From positions 4,288,001 through 4,352,000 of the forward strand of contig OY970067.1 in assembly GCA_963705305.1 (NCBI GenBank): a DNA stretch of 64,000 nt, given 5' to 3'. The notes under the pieces were generated by a model. The model saw nothing but the letters and a program-made list of their open reading frames with translations. It was not told where the DNA came from and ran no database searches. Source of the DNA: an uncultured Methylomirabilota bacterium. Lineage in GTDB: Bacteria > Methylomirabilota > Methylomirabilia > Methylomirabilales > 2-02-FULL-66-22. Below, in pieces: positions 12,430 through 22,536 of the stretch; position 1 is the first letter of the stretch, and each line of letters starts with the position of its first letter. The translations under genes were made by a program, and so were the position numbers.

Positions 12430-12714
12430 TCATCTTTCGTATGCCCGGCTTCGATGGTCGGCAGCAATCAGAAGTACGAGGCCTTCTTCCTCATCGATTT
12501 CGTAGAAAAATCGCCAAGCGCCAACGCGGTATCGCCAGGTGGGCGGATCCCAGTTCTTGAGCCGCTTGATGTTAGGGCCAAAGTGGGGCTCGTCTCGGAG
12601 GCGGGGATATACCGATTCCTGGAGTTTCTCATCGAGGCGGCCGAGACCGGATTGGCCGAGTTGAGCCAGATCCTCCCGGAAGGTCGCCGTCTCGAAAATC
12701 CGGTACCTAGCCAA
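12430..12714 (-). CDS. RelE/ParE-family toxin
   Basis: PHFGPNIKRLK...WRYRVGAWRFFYEID; overlaps the upstream small antitoxin. Confidence 0.85.
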   Translation of the reverse strand: MARYRIFETATFREDLAQLGQSGLGRLDEKLQESVYPRLRDEPHFGPNIKRLKNWDPPTWRYRVGAWRFFYEIDEEEGLVLLIAADHRSRAYER

Positions 12715-12967
12715 CCAGCCTGCCTTTCCTCCGCCTCGCCTCTTGGGACCCCCGCTTCAGGCGCTCCACCAGCCGGTCGTTTGCGAGGATCTCTGCCATT
12801 TCTGTGTCATCCACGAAGTTGTGTTCCTGGATGTGGGTCTTGACGGCGTTCTCGATGAAGTTGGCCACCGAGCGGTTCTCGGCCTTCGCCCGTTTAGCGA
12901 AAGCAGCGTACGTCTCATCATCCACGCGAATGCTCAAGGTTTTTGGCACGGACACCGCCTCCTTCAC
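12707..12967 (-). CDS. Ribbon-helix-helix antitoxin
   Basis: KTLSIRVDDETYAAFAKRAKAENRSVANFI RHH pattern; coupled to the RelE gene. Confidence 0.8.
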   Translation of the reverse strand: MKEAVSVPKTLSIRVDDETYAAFAKRAKAENRSVANFIENAVKTHIQEHNFVDDTEMAEILANDRLVERLKRGSQEARRRKGRLVG

Positions 12968-13187
12968 CTGCTATTCAATTTTATTCTATATGCTTCACTT
13001 TGATGCGTCAAGCATACAATAGCGCGAACCGGTGAACCGGGGCAGGGGCAGTAGTCAGTAGTCGGTGGTCAGTAGTCCTGTATCCCATCTTCGCCCCTGC
13101 GCGTCTTCGCGTCTGCGCCCTTTTCTCCGGCTCACCGGCTCACCGGTTCGCCCTGTCGCCGCCTCTCCCCCTCTCCCCTTCGCCCCC

Positions 13188-13529
13188 TCACCCCCTCACG
13201 CTCGCTTCCCGCAGCCGGCGCTCTGCGCGAGACGCGTCGCGCCAGAACAGGAACACGAGGCCCTGGAGGAGGGAGAGAACCAGCAGGGAGACGTCATTGC
13301 CGAGGTACAGTGAGATGAATTGATGCGTAACGAGGCGGCCGACCAGCCCGATCACCACTCCGGCGGCCACGTTGATCGCGAAGAATACGATCGTCATGCC
13401 GACGCACTCGAGCATCCTTCCGACAGCGTAACGGACCGTGGCCGCCGAACGCCCCAGGACTACCCTCCCAGCCAGGTACGCCGCGACCGATGTCAACACC
13501 GCCAGAACCAAGACGAAGTATTGTTCCAT
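13188..13529 (-). CDS. Small membrane protein
   Basis: 113 aa with about three hydrophobic segments; GAGG RBS. Confidence 0.65.
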   Translation of the reverse strand: MEQYFVLVLAVLTSVAAYLAGRVVLGRSAATVRYAVGRMLECVGMTIVFFAINVAAGVVIGLVGRLVTHQFISLYLGNDVSLLVLSLLQGLVFLFWRDASRAERRLREASVRG

Positions 13530-13860
13530 GCCATTCGCCTCGCGTGAGTTTGGGTCCGGAACTTCATCTGCCCCGAATCTCCCCCCGACTTCGTGCCGTC
13601 AGGTAAAAATCACTGACAAATCGAGGTCCTCGGGATTGCCCCGAGCCCGCTGGGCCCGCGGGCCAGCCGGTTTCGGGACGCCGTGGCCTCCCAGGCACCG
13701 ATGCTCGCCTGGACGCAACGTCCACGGCGCGACGCGCCCTTCCGAGGGCGGCGGCGCCGGAGCAAGGCTGGCCGGTATTCGACGAGGCCCCAGGCGGGAG
13801 AGGGGCAGTCCCGAGGACCGGTGAAATTGATCGCGGACTCCCGATACGGCCCACCTCAGC

Positions 13861-14475
13861 TCAGATATATCCGGCAATGCGGTAATAGAGCCGACCCACG
13901 ATCTCCTGGAAGATCTTCCGCGTCAGCTTCAAGCGGCCTTCGGGACCGTCCGCCGCTTCGAACTCTTCATCGGACGGCGCGGGACACACCTCGAATCCGG
14001 CCCGGGCGAACAGTGCGCGGGCGCGGAGCATATGCTCTGAGGCGGTTACCAGAAGGATCTTCTTGATTCCGCGAGGACTCAACAGCGCATAGATCCGGCT
14101 GGCCTCCTCGCGTGTCGTGAATGCGTTCGACACTTCGATGATTGCGCCGGGCGGAATCCCCATATCCTGAGCCATCCTGTCACGGACCGAGGCCTCCGAC
14201 GGTCCCCGCCGGGGGGGCGGGCCCGAGACTACCAGCAGCGGCGCATACCCCTTCCGGAAGAGCACGAGTCCGTACAGCAGTCGCCGCAGGGACTCCTCGC
14301 TCAATTGGCCGGCCTCGGCGCCCGCCCCCAGGACGATGACCGCCCCGGCCGGTTGGATCTGCGGCATCACGGCCAGCCGGTAGGCCAGGATGTTTGACAG
14401 AGGCGTGAATGCCGCCACCAGGAAGCCCGCCACCCCCACCAGCCCCAGCACCTTCACTATCCGCCTCCAAGTCAT
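13861..14475 (-). CDS. YdcF/ElyC-like DUF218 protein
   Basis: VIVLGAG, SEA, TTREEA, LLVTASEHMLRA..F and EIVGRLYY; N-terminal TM segment. Confidence 0.88.
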   Translation of the reverse strand: MTWRRIVKVLGLVGVAGFLVAAFTPLSNILAYRLAVMPQIQPAGAVIVLGAGAEAGQLSEESLRRLLYGLVLFRKGYAPLLVVSGPPPRRGPSEASVRDRMAQDMGIPPGAIIEVSNAFTTREEASRIYALLSPRGIKKILLVTASEHMLRARALFARAGFEVCPAPSDEEFEAADGPEGRLKLTRKIFQEIVGRLYYRIAGYI

Positions 14476-14705
14476 TTGCTTTTCCCTAAGTCGCCTTCCA
14501 TCCCCACCGTCACTCGCCGTCTTCCCCTCAGGCACAAATCTGACATCTCACGCCAAGACCGCCATTTCCGGTACGCAGTAGTCAGTGGTCCTGGATTCCA
14601 CCCTCGCCCCCTCACCCCCTCGCCCATGCGCCTCTGCGCTCTTTTCTTCGGTTCCCCCCTTCTCCGTCTCCCGTCTCCTCTCCGTGTCTCCCCCACAGCC
14701 CCTCG

Positions 14706-15054
14706 CTACAACCGAACCACCCGGATGCCCATCTTCCTTGCCGCGCGGGCGAGCTTCGCGTCCAGCGTCGCGAGCTCGAACCCCCTTCGCTGAGCTAGCT
14801 CCAGATAGGCTGCATCGTACGCGGAGAGGCCATGCTCTCGCGCCAGATTGTGCAATCGCCAGAACGTCATCGGGCATCAGTACGACGTCCGTTTGAATCG
14901 GCAGCATGCCGAACAACTCGGTAATCCGCCGGCCGTCCAGATCGGACAATCGCCCGCGCCGCTGGGCCATCGTCAGTCCATTGGCAAGCTCGTACCACCA
15001 CAACGCAGGAACCCAAAATGGATTCCCCACTGAGGTGCGTGCCAGCAGACGATC
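14706..15054 (-). pseudogene. vapC: vapC (PIN toxin), 3' part; split from its 5' part by the Tn7-like element and also frameshifted
   Basis: DRLLAR...WVPALWWYELANGLTMAQRRGR, then a frameshift near 14850 into AREHGLSAYDAAYLELAQRRGFELATLDAKLARAA. Confidence 0.85.
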
Positions 15055-15210
15055 TGCGACTTCCATTGAAGGGTGGCCAAGGTTTTAGGCATAAAGCGGC
15101 CACGAAAATCGCTAACGTGCTGATTTTGTTGATGGGTAATTGGGCGCTGGATTTCGGAGAAATAGGCATAACGTGGACGTGGGTCGAAATCGCAGCCATA
15201 ACGTGGCCAT
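15055..15210 (+). repeat. Left-end array of putative TnsB-binding sites
   Basis: GAAGGGTGGCCA (~15068), GGCATAAAGCGGCCA (~15088), GGCATAACGTGGACG (~15165) and GCCATAACGTGGCCA (~15195); inverted copy TGGCCACTTTATGCC at 27067-27081. Confidence 0.7.
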
Positions 15211-15436
15211 GAGTCTGCCAACATCTTTCTGGCGTGAGTGTGCGCCGCCCTGAGATCATGGGGTGAGGTGCGGCCGACGGGTGCCGGTCGACTGCGAGCA
15301 CGCCTTGGGTGTGCGATTCGGAAGCACTACTTCCTCGTCAGAAAAGGACGATCGAACTGAGTTGGAGAGACTCCGCTTGGGTCAAGGCGTAAGACATCCC
15401 CTGGAGGAACGCGACCTCCAGTCACGAGCTCAATGC

Positions 15437-16039
15437 TCAAGGGTTCCTTTGCGGGTGCGCGAGTGGCCGCAACCAGCGGGGAGCCGGCTCCCGTATCTCG
15501 ATGACCTTTCCATCTTCGAAGCGGGCAACGAGCCGGTACGGCGATCCCAGATCATCATTATCATACACCCAAACGTGGGGCAGCTCTGCGATGGCGGCCG
15601 TGAGATTGCTGAGCGTTCGGGGAAAGCGCGACTGAAGCTTCTCCGCGGGAACATCGTGACCGCCTCTGCTCACGCGCATCGCCACGCGCTCTTCCGACAC
15701 CTTGGGCCCGCTGATCCCGATGAAGATGAGCACCACGGTGTACCCGGCCTCCACGGCTTCTCGGAGGAATTTCCGCTTCTCTCCCACCGGATCCGAAAAC
15801 ACGGTCTCGAAAACAAAGCTCTCCCGCTGGGTGACCAGTTCCCGGCGGACGGCATCCGCCAATTGAACCGCGGTAGCCGGATCGACATTCAGGTCACGGG
15901 CCAGGACATCCGCATTGATCAGCCGCAACCCTGTCGGTTGGAGGTGGGCATAATAGAAGCTTGACTTACCCGCCCCGTTAGGCCCCGCCAGGGCCACGAT
16001 GCTCGGGCGCTGGTCCAGGTAGGGGGGCAGCAATTTCAC
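15437..16039 (-). CDS. Zeta-toxin-like P-loop kinase/ATPase
   Basis: LAGPNGAGKSS, INAD, SFVFETVFS, RVAMRVSRGGHDVP and VYDN. Confidence 0.85.
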   Translation of the reverse strand: MKLLPPYLDQRPSIVALAGPNGAGKSSFYYAHLQPTGLRLINADVLARDLNVDPATAVQLADAVRRELVTQRESFVFETVFSDPVGEKRKFLREAVEAGYTVVLIFIGISGPKVSEERVAMRVSRGGHDVPAEKLQSRFPRTLSNLTAAIAELPHVWVYDNDDLGSPYRLVARFEDGKVIEIREPAPRWLRPLAHPQRNP

Positions 16040-16455
16040 CGCTTCGCCGTGGCGGCGTGCGACGTTCTCCGCCCGGCGGGAGCTTTCTTCATCGGCCTGA
16101 ATTCCCGATGAACGAACCGCCCGAGGGTTCGCTGGCCGGTCGCGTCGATCCGAACCAGGAGGCCCGGTGCCCCCAGCGCGGGCTCGTAATGCGGGTCCGG
16201 CTCGCTCTCGAGGTAGGCCTGGAGTCGCTTTCGCCCCTCGGAGGTCTCGACGGCGGCGAGGCATTCCGATAAGGGCGTCCTCGCGCCTGCCCGAGCCAAC
16301 GCCATCGCGTGGACGCCTTGCAGGAGCGGCTCGATGGCGCGACCCAGCCGCGCCCAGTACTCGATCTGGCCTGCAAGCGAGCGTTCGGCCGCTTCGCTAG
16401 CGAGCCGCGCATCCAGTACCAAGCTCGTCGAAAGTTTGACTGGCTGACTCATCAA
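16036..16455 (-). CDS. ParD-like antitoxin paired with the zeta-like ATPase
   Basis: MSQPVKLS..LVLDAR......RSLAGQIEYWARLGRAIE; 4-bp overlap with the toxin gene. Confidence 0.8.
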   Translation of the reverse strand: MMSQPVKLSTSLVLDARLASEAAERSLAGQIEYWARLGRAIEPLLQGVHAMALARAGARTPLSECLAAVETSEGRKRLQAYLESEPDPHYEPALGAPGLLVRIDATGQRTLGRFVHREFRPMKKAPAGRRTSHAATAKR

Positions 16456-16708
16456 CTCTCCCTCCCTGGCTTTTCAACATGGGATATGCTCATCTCTACT
16501 GTAGAGTAGCATTTTGCTACCTCAATGTCAAAATGTCCTTTCTCCCGTCTCGTTGCCTCCGTCCTGTTCCTACCGACACACAAACTTGAGGCGGCCTAAT
16601 CTGGTTGGCCGCGATCGCGCTCTCGCCCAGTCCTACCAGCTTGATGTTCGGAAGCTTGGCGTCGATGGAAGGCGACTATGCCGAGGGGGGTCAGGGGAAG
16701 TTCGATGG

Positions 16709-16993
16709 TCAGTTGTCGCTCAGGATCTCTCTGATCCGCTCCGCAATGTCTCGCTGGACCCATCGCAGGACGGAATCAATTCCTGGCGTCGCATAGCGGT
16801 GGGCTTTCTCGTCCTCGAAGCCGATGTGCTGTTGCACGGCCTCGAGGAAAAAATAGTACCCCGCCAGGCTCTCGTCCCAAATCCCAGCCTTTCGATCGCG
16901 GTCCAGCTCCCGCCGCGCTGCCGATAGGCCATAGTAGATCGCCATCCATTTCTCGCGATCCAGCCGTATCGGTTTGTTGGCCTCGGTTGCCAT
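16709..16993 (-). CDS. Hypothetical protein (transposon cargo)
   Basis: 94 aa with a GAGG RBS and natural composition; no motif recognised. Confidence 0.55.
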   Translation of the reverse strand: MATEANKPIRLDREKWMAIYYGLSAARRELDRDRKAGIWDESLAGYYFFLEAVQQHIGFEDEKAHRYATPGIDSVLRWVQRDIAERIREILSDN

Positions 16994-17437
16994 TATTTTC
17001 CTCGTGCAGATTCCACAGCGAGTGCGCTTTCCTTCGCCCACAGCCTGCGTGGGAGCTTACCGGTCGCTCAGCTCCTTCCCATGTATGCAGCCCAACATGA
17101 CCTTGCCTACACACGGGTCGAGCTGCGGGCACATTGTCTCAAATCCTAAGCAGCGTACAGGAACATATTTCTGCTGAGCAGTGAATCCCCTCCCGGCGGG
17201 AGGTCGCCAGGCGGTCACTTGAGAGTCTCCACTTGAGTTGGCAAGTGTGGCATAGGGCCGGCGTGCCAAATCCCTCCCACTGGAGGTTCACCGCTCTGGA
17301 GCCCAAGCCCAAAGCGCTCGGAGCGTACCGGCCGATACGCTCGCAGGTTCATCTGCATACATAGAATGCCAGCCCACTGCAATCTGGCAACGAAACCCGA
17401 GCCTCTCTTGATGCCGTTTCGCAGTGAGCAATGACAT

Positions 17438-17980
17438 TCATTTCCTCTTTCGCGGCGTTGGTACTTTCAGCTGCTGCTTGGTGGTCTGTCTAGACACGTC
17501 CACGTCGATCAAAAGTAGGCCGCCACCTCTGAGCAATTGCTCAACTGTGGCCAAGGCGTTTTCGGCCGTTGCTAGGATGGCCCGAGCGATGACCCGCTGA
17601 TCGGGGGTTACCTCCTCCTCGAACGTTCGGGCTATACCCACCACCATCCGTACCGAACCAATGATGGCTGCAGCCGCCTCTGGCGTAATCATCACGTCCT
17701 CGTGCGCACGCGACTCCCGGTACCTGCGGAGGAGGGTCGCGACAGGCTCAGCATCGTCCACGTTGTCTGGGGTAGCCCGGGGATCGAGTGCGAGTAGGTA
17801 GGCTACTGGTACCTTTAGAATCTCGGCGATTTGCCGGAGATTTACTTCATCCGGCACGTTCTTTCCGGTTATCCACGTAGACACCGCATTCTTCTTCAGG
17901 CCAAGTTTTGCTGCGAGTTGGGTCTGATTCAACCTTCGTGCATCCAGCGCCCGTAGGAGTCGCTTGCCCAAGAGGTTCAT
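17438..17980 (-). CDS. XRE-family HTH regulator, divergent from tnsAB
   Basis: LNQTQLAAKLGLKKNAVSTWITGKNVP...LRQIAEILKV. Confidence 0.85.
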   Translation of the reverse strand: MNLLGKRLLRALDARRLNQTQLAAKLGLKKNAVSTWITGKNVPDEVNLRQIAEILKVPVAYLLALDPRATPDNVDDAEPVATLLRRYRESRAHEDVMITPEAAAAIIGSVRMVVGIARTFEEEVTPDQRVIARAILATAENALATVEQLLRGGGLLLIDVDVSRQTTKQQLKVPTPRKRK

Positions 17981-18009
17981 GCGTGAGCCCTCGCCTACAA
18001 AAGTTTTGC

Positions 18010-18038
18010 TTGACACGCGTAGTATCGCGCAGTATCGT
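18010..18038 (+). promoter_or_regulatory. Sigma70-like promoter facing tnsAB
   Basis: TTGACA-N17-TATCGT in the XRE/tnsAB divergent gap. Confidence 0.55.
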
Positions 18039-18415
18039 TTCGTAACAATTCCAGGCTGCACGACCCGTTACCAACAAATTACCACAACGCAATCTTCCTG
18101 GTCAAGTTGAGATCTCTGATGACTGAAGTCGTGAGGAATAAGGCAGATGGGCCTGGGTCGAGCTGCCAGCACAGCACCGGCCAGACTGACTGTGCCAAGG
18201 CCGCCACCCCAAACGAGGGGCCAGCGTCATGCAGATCAGGGAGCCTGGCTCATGCGCGAGCGGAGTCTGATGGAGGAGCAGGTTGTGAATCGGTCCGGGC
18301 GCATACCACCCTATCGAACGAGCAAGGGAGAGACGACTGCAGACGGGGCGTGTAGGAGACCAGCACTTATCCTGGCAGCGATGCGAGAAATCTCCTTTAA
18401 GGGGAGGGCAACACC

Positions 18416-21133
18416 ATGATGACCGACGAAGAATTTGCGGAGTGGTGCCGCAAGTGCAATGTCTCGGAAGAGGCTCAGAAGATGGTGGTGGAGATTCGGA
18501 ACTCTCCGCCATCCCGACGCGTGGGCGGGGGACCAGGAGGTGTCTCTGGCCGCTTCCCCTCCCGCAAAACGCGCACGGTTCTCCAGTTTTCGAGCCATCG
18601 GGTGGTATTGCCCTTCCTGCAGCAGATGGACCTCGACCCGAAGGTCAAAGAGATATGGGATCAGCCGCCACCCATCCCCCTCGAGTACCAGAAGGCGAAC
18701 GGGCGATGGGTGAGCATCCGACAGACCGCAGACTTCTTCGTGCTCTACGAAGATCGGGCCGGGTGGGTAGAGATCCGAACAGAAGAAGAGCTCGTCAGGC
18801 TGAGTCAGGTCGCGCCCAATCGGTACCGGCGCGACGAAGACATGGGCTGGAATACGCACGATGACGGGTGCTGGTGCTGCCCGCCGGCTGAGGCCTACAC
18901 CGCGCAGTATGGCCTCGTCTACTACGTCTGGTCCGCCGACGAAATCAACTGGAATTACCAGCGCAACATCCATTACCTGGACGAGTACATCGACGCCCCC
19001 GCTCCCCCCGCCGCTGTCCAAGACCACCTGTGCAAGCTCGTCGCGGACGAACCGGGGATCACCCTGGAGGCGCTTGCGGCGAAAGCGGCGCCAGAGGCCA
19101 GCCGGGACGCGATCTACTGGATGATCACCCACGGTGCCCTCTGGGTGGATCTCTGCGCTCGTCCCATTAAAGACGACGACTTGGTTCAGGTCTTTGTGGG
19201 CCAGGACACGACCGGCGCCCAGGGGCTTGCAGTGGAGCCCGCTCGGCCCGGCCGGCCGTGCGTGGTCGACTTCACCGCGGGGAGCTCATTCTGGTGGGAC
19301 GGGCGCTGCTGGACCGTCGCCATGGTTGGGGACTCGCAGTTGATGCTCCAAGGCGATGACGAGAAGCCCCTCTTCTTGCCGCTCGCCACGCTCGAAGTCC
19401 TCGTGAAAGAGGGAAAGATCACCGGCACCACCCAGACCTCTCCGAACTCGGCCATCGAGCGCCTCTTGGTCCGGGCGAGCGACGCAGACAAGGAGATCGC
19501 CAAGCGCCGCCAGCAGTTCGTGCTCCCGCATCTCGCTGACGAGTGGGTGCCCGAGGAGGAAATGCCCGGGCGGACGCTGCGCCGCTGGGTGCGCAAGTAC
19601 CTGCGCGCAAAAGAGAAGTATGGGTGGGGATTTCTCGGGCTCCTGCCGCGGATCGCCTGGCGCGGAAACCGGGAACCGCGATTTGATGATGGCATGCTGG
19701 AACTCGTCAAGGTCATCATCGATGAGGAGTACCTCAAGCCCACGCAGAAGAACAAATTCGCCGCCTGGTCATACTTGGTGCGGGCCTGCGACGGGCTGAA
19801 CGCCCATCGCAGTACCGGCGAAAAAGAGCTCAAGCCCCCCTCTTTCGCCTCGTTCTCCCTGATGCTGGACCGGATCTCGTTGCATGAGCGCGTGCGCCAA
19901 CGTCGGGGACGGAAGGCCGCCTATCCCTACGAGCCATTTTACTGGTACCTGAGTATGACCACCCCGGTTCACGGCGACCGGCCCTGGGAGATCGCCCACA
20001 TTGACCATACCCCGTTCCCCGTCGAACTGCGGTGCTCGAAGACCCACGAAAACTTGGGCTGCGCCTGGTTCACCCTCATGGTGGATGCCTTCACCCGGAG
20101 GGTCCTGGCCGTGTACCTCACGTACGACCCGCCCTCCTACCGGTCGGTCATGATGGTCCTCAGGGATTGTGTCCGACGCTGGCGGCGGCTCCCGCGGACG
20201 ATCGTGGTCGATGGCGGGGCGGAGTTCCACAGCACCTACTGCGAGACGCTCCTGGCCTTCTATGAGGTCATCCAGAAGACACGGCCGGCTGGGAAGCCGA
20301 GATTCGGGTCGGTGGTGGAGCGCCTGTTCGGCACGACGATGACCGAGTTCGCCTACCTCCTGACCGGCAATACCCAGATGGGCGACGGCAATCTCCGGCA
20401 GATCACCCCCTCGGTCGACCCCAAACGGCTTGCGGTGTGGACCCTCGGCGACTTGTACGAGCACCTCTGCCATTACCTCTTTGAGACGTATGACACCAGC
20501 ACGCATCGGACCCTGGGTCAGAGCCCACGCGGGGCCTATGAGGCGGGGATGGCGCAGGCCGGAGCCCGCTCCCACCGGCTGATCCCCTACGACCGGGAGT
20601 TCCTGATCAACACGCTCCCGACAACGCCGAAAGGCACCGCCACGGTTCAGCCCGACGGTAGCATTAAGATCAACAATCTCCATTACTCCCAGCAGGCTCT
20701 GCGCGACGCCCGGGTCGTGAAGCGACCCGTGCCGGTGAAGTATGACCCGTTCGACGCCGGGCATGCCTTCGCGTTCGTGCGTGGCGAGTGGGTTGAGTGT
20801 TTTGCCCGCAACTATGCCGAATTCCAAGGCCGCACCGAAAAGGAATTGATGCTTTACTCGAGCGAGGTCAAGAAGCGGCTCCAGTTCTCCTCCGACGACC
20901 AACTCGAGGAGGCCCGGGAGCGGGCAGAGACGCAGGGGCGGGTCAAGGACAAGGAGGAGGCATTGGCCCAGCGGTGGCGGGACCTAGAGACCTCCCAACT
21001 CCACGACGGCCTCACGCTCCCCGCAACGCGTGCCCAGGAGACGCCCGCCGAGTTGCCTGAAGCCCACCCCCTCCCCTCACCCGAACCGCCGGCCGAGACG
21101 TCCGAAGAGCCCGAATACTACGGAGAACTCTAA
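18416..21133 (+). CDS. tnsAB: TnsA-TnsB fusion transposase
   Basis: N-terminal TnsA-like segment (SGRFPSRK..WDQPP..ADFFV..WVE) fused to a Mu/TnsB DDE core (HIDHT, VVDGGAEF, VVERLF) and C-terminal VKYDPFD. Confidence 0.88.
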   Translation: MMTDEEFAEWCRKCNVSEEAQKMVVEIRNSPPSRRVGGGPGGVSGRFPSRKTRTVLQFSSHRVVLPFLQQMDLDPKVKEIWDQPPPIPLEYQKANGRWVSIRQTADFFVLYEDRAGWVEIRTEEELVRLSQVAPNRYRRDEDMGWNTHDDGCWCCPPAEAYTAQYGLVYYVWSADEINWNYQRNIHYLDEYIDAPAPPAAVQDHLCKLVADEPGITLEALAAKAAPEASRDAIYWMITHGALWVDLCARPIKDDDLVQVFVGQDTTGAQGLAVEPARPGRPCVVDFTAGSSFWWDGRCWTVAMVGDSQLMLQGDDEKPLFLPLATLEVLVKEGKITGTTQTSPNSAIERLLVRASDADKEIAKRRQQFVLPHLADEWVPEEEMPGRTLRRWVRKYLRAKEKYGWGFLGLLPRIAWRGNREPRFDDGMLELVKVIIDEEYLKPTQKNKFAAWSYLVRACDGLNAHRSTGEKELKPPSFASFSLMLDRISLHERVRQRRGRKAAYPYEPFYWYLSMTTPVHGDRPWEIAHIDHTPFPVELRCSKTHENLGCAWFTLMVDAFTRRVLAVYLTYDPPSYRSVMMVLRDCVRRWRRLPRTIVVDGGAEFHSTYCETLLAFYEVIQKTRPAGKPRFGSVVERLFGTTMTEFAYLLTGNTQMGDGNLRQITPSVDPKRLAVWTLGDLYEHLCHYLFETYDTSTHRTLGQSPRGAYEAGMAQAGARSHRLIPYDREFLINTLPTTPKGTATVQPDGSIKINNLHYSQQALRDARVVKRPVPVKYDPFDAGHAFAFVRGEWVECFARNYAEFQGRTEKELMLYSSEVKKRLQFSSDDQLEEARERAETQGRVKDKEEALAQRWRDLETSQLHDGLTLPATRAQETPAELPEAHPLPSPEPPAETSEEPEYYGEL

Positions 21134-22317
21134 TGCCATCTACCTTGCCACGCTTCCCTCCCCCTCTTCTCCAGGCGCCAAGCGCCGAGCGGATTGCGTA
21201 CCTTGTAGGGTATACGATGGCACATCCGTTGCTCAAGACGGTTCTCAAGCGACTCTCGAGCGAAATCGCCGACTCCTTTCGGAACTCCCTGATCTTCGTT
21301 CCCGGCCTCACGGGGGTGGGAAAGACGACGGTCCGCAGGCTGATCGAGGAAACTCTCACACAGGAGTTAGAAGAGGATCTCAAGACTGACCGGGAGCGAA
21401 TCCCTGTCGTCAGCGTCGAAGTCGTGGCGCCAGAATACGGCAAGCTCAATTGGACCAACCACTACTTTAAGCCGACCCTCCGGGTGATTCAGGATGTGCT
21501 GATCGGTCGCAAGCGCCGCCTGGGTCCGTCCCCCAATCCCGAAGCGGCCCCATATGACTTGCTCGGCCCACGGGCGACAGGTGCCGTCTATTATGAGGCG
21601 GTTGTCGAAGGGCTGACCCACCGGCGTCCCAGGGTTGTCCTCATCGACGAAGCGCAGCATTTTCTTCGGGTCGGCCCCGGACGCAACGCGTTGGACTACG
21701 TCGATGTGATCAAGAGCATCGCCAATCGCACGCAGACCGTTCACATCCTGTTCGGGACGTTCGAGCTCCTGGGCCTTCTTGATTTAAGCGGACAGCTCAG
21801 CCGCCGGAGCATCATCGTGCCTTTTCCGCGTTATCACTGTGACACGCCCGAAGAGCAGAAGATGTTCCGCCACGTCCTTCGAACGTTTGCACTCCAGTTG
21901 CCGCTCGAAGAGCCGCCCGATCTCGCCGGAGACTGGCAATTCCTGTATGAATGCACCCTGGGCAGCTTGGGTCTCCTGAAGCAATTGCTGGTCAAAGCAA
22001 TCGCCTCGGCCTACCGGGAGAATCGCCTGGTCCTCACGCGGGCCGACTTGGAAAAGGGGGCCCTCCTCCCCGCACAACGAAACCGGATCCTCCTGGAGGC
22101 TGCTATCGGGGAGAAGCGATTGGCAGGAGGAGGAGATCTTCTGCCAGAAGAGTGCGCGATCCTGGGCCTGGTTCCCCGGGTTCCCCCTCCTCGCCCGCCA
22201 GCGCCTAAGACTCCGACACAGGACCGGAAGCTCCACCCCGGTCGACGCAAGCCAAAACGGGACCCAACGGGAGGTTCCGGCAATGGGTCTAGCAATGGGT
22301 CCGGATCACCCAGTTGA
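21133..22317 (+). CDS. tnsC: TnsC AAA+ ATPase
   Basis: Walker A GLTGVGKTT, Walker B VLIDEAQH, LFGTFEL and QLSRRS; coupled to tnsAB. Confidence 0.9.
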   Translation: MPSTLPRFPPPLLQAPSAERIAYLVGYTMAHPLLKTVLKRLSSEIADSFRNSLIFVPGLTGVGKTTVRRLIEETLTQELEEDLKTDRERIPVVSVEVVAPEYGKLNWTNHYFKPTLRVIQDVLIGRKRRLGPSPNPEAAPYDLLGPRATGAVYYEAVVEGLTHRRPRVVLIDEAQHFLRVGPGRNALDYVDVIKSIANRTQTVHILFGTFELLGLLDLSGQLSRRSIIVPFPRYHCDTPEEQKMFRHVLRTFALQLPLEEPPDLAGDWQFLYECTLGSLGLLKQLLVKAIASAYRENRLVLTRADLEKGALLPAQRNRILLEAAIGEKRLAGGGDLLPEECAILGLVPRVPPPRPPAPKTPTQDRKLHPGRRKPKRDPTGGSGNGSSNGSGSPS

Positions 22318-22536
22318 CACGTGGTCTGATCGTGTGGCTGGGTCGTCAGGATGCGGCGTCTATCCCGTGGCAGCGCGCGGCGAGGCAAGGCAGCAATGTC
22401 GCGCGAGCGGGATCTCGATACCTGAGCTCCCCGCAAGGGTGGGACGACTGACAGGCATAACCATCACGGATGTTTCAGCTGGGACCCGGAGGAGACCGTC
22501 CGGTGCATGAGGCGATGGGACAAGGGGGGATCGAGG

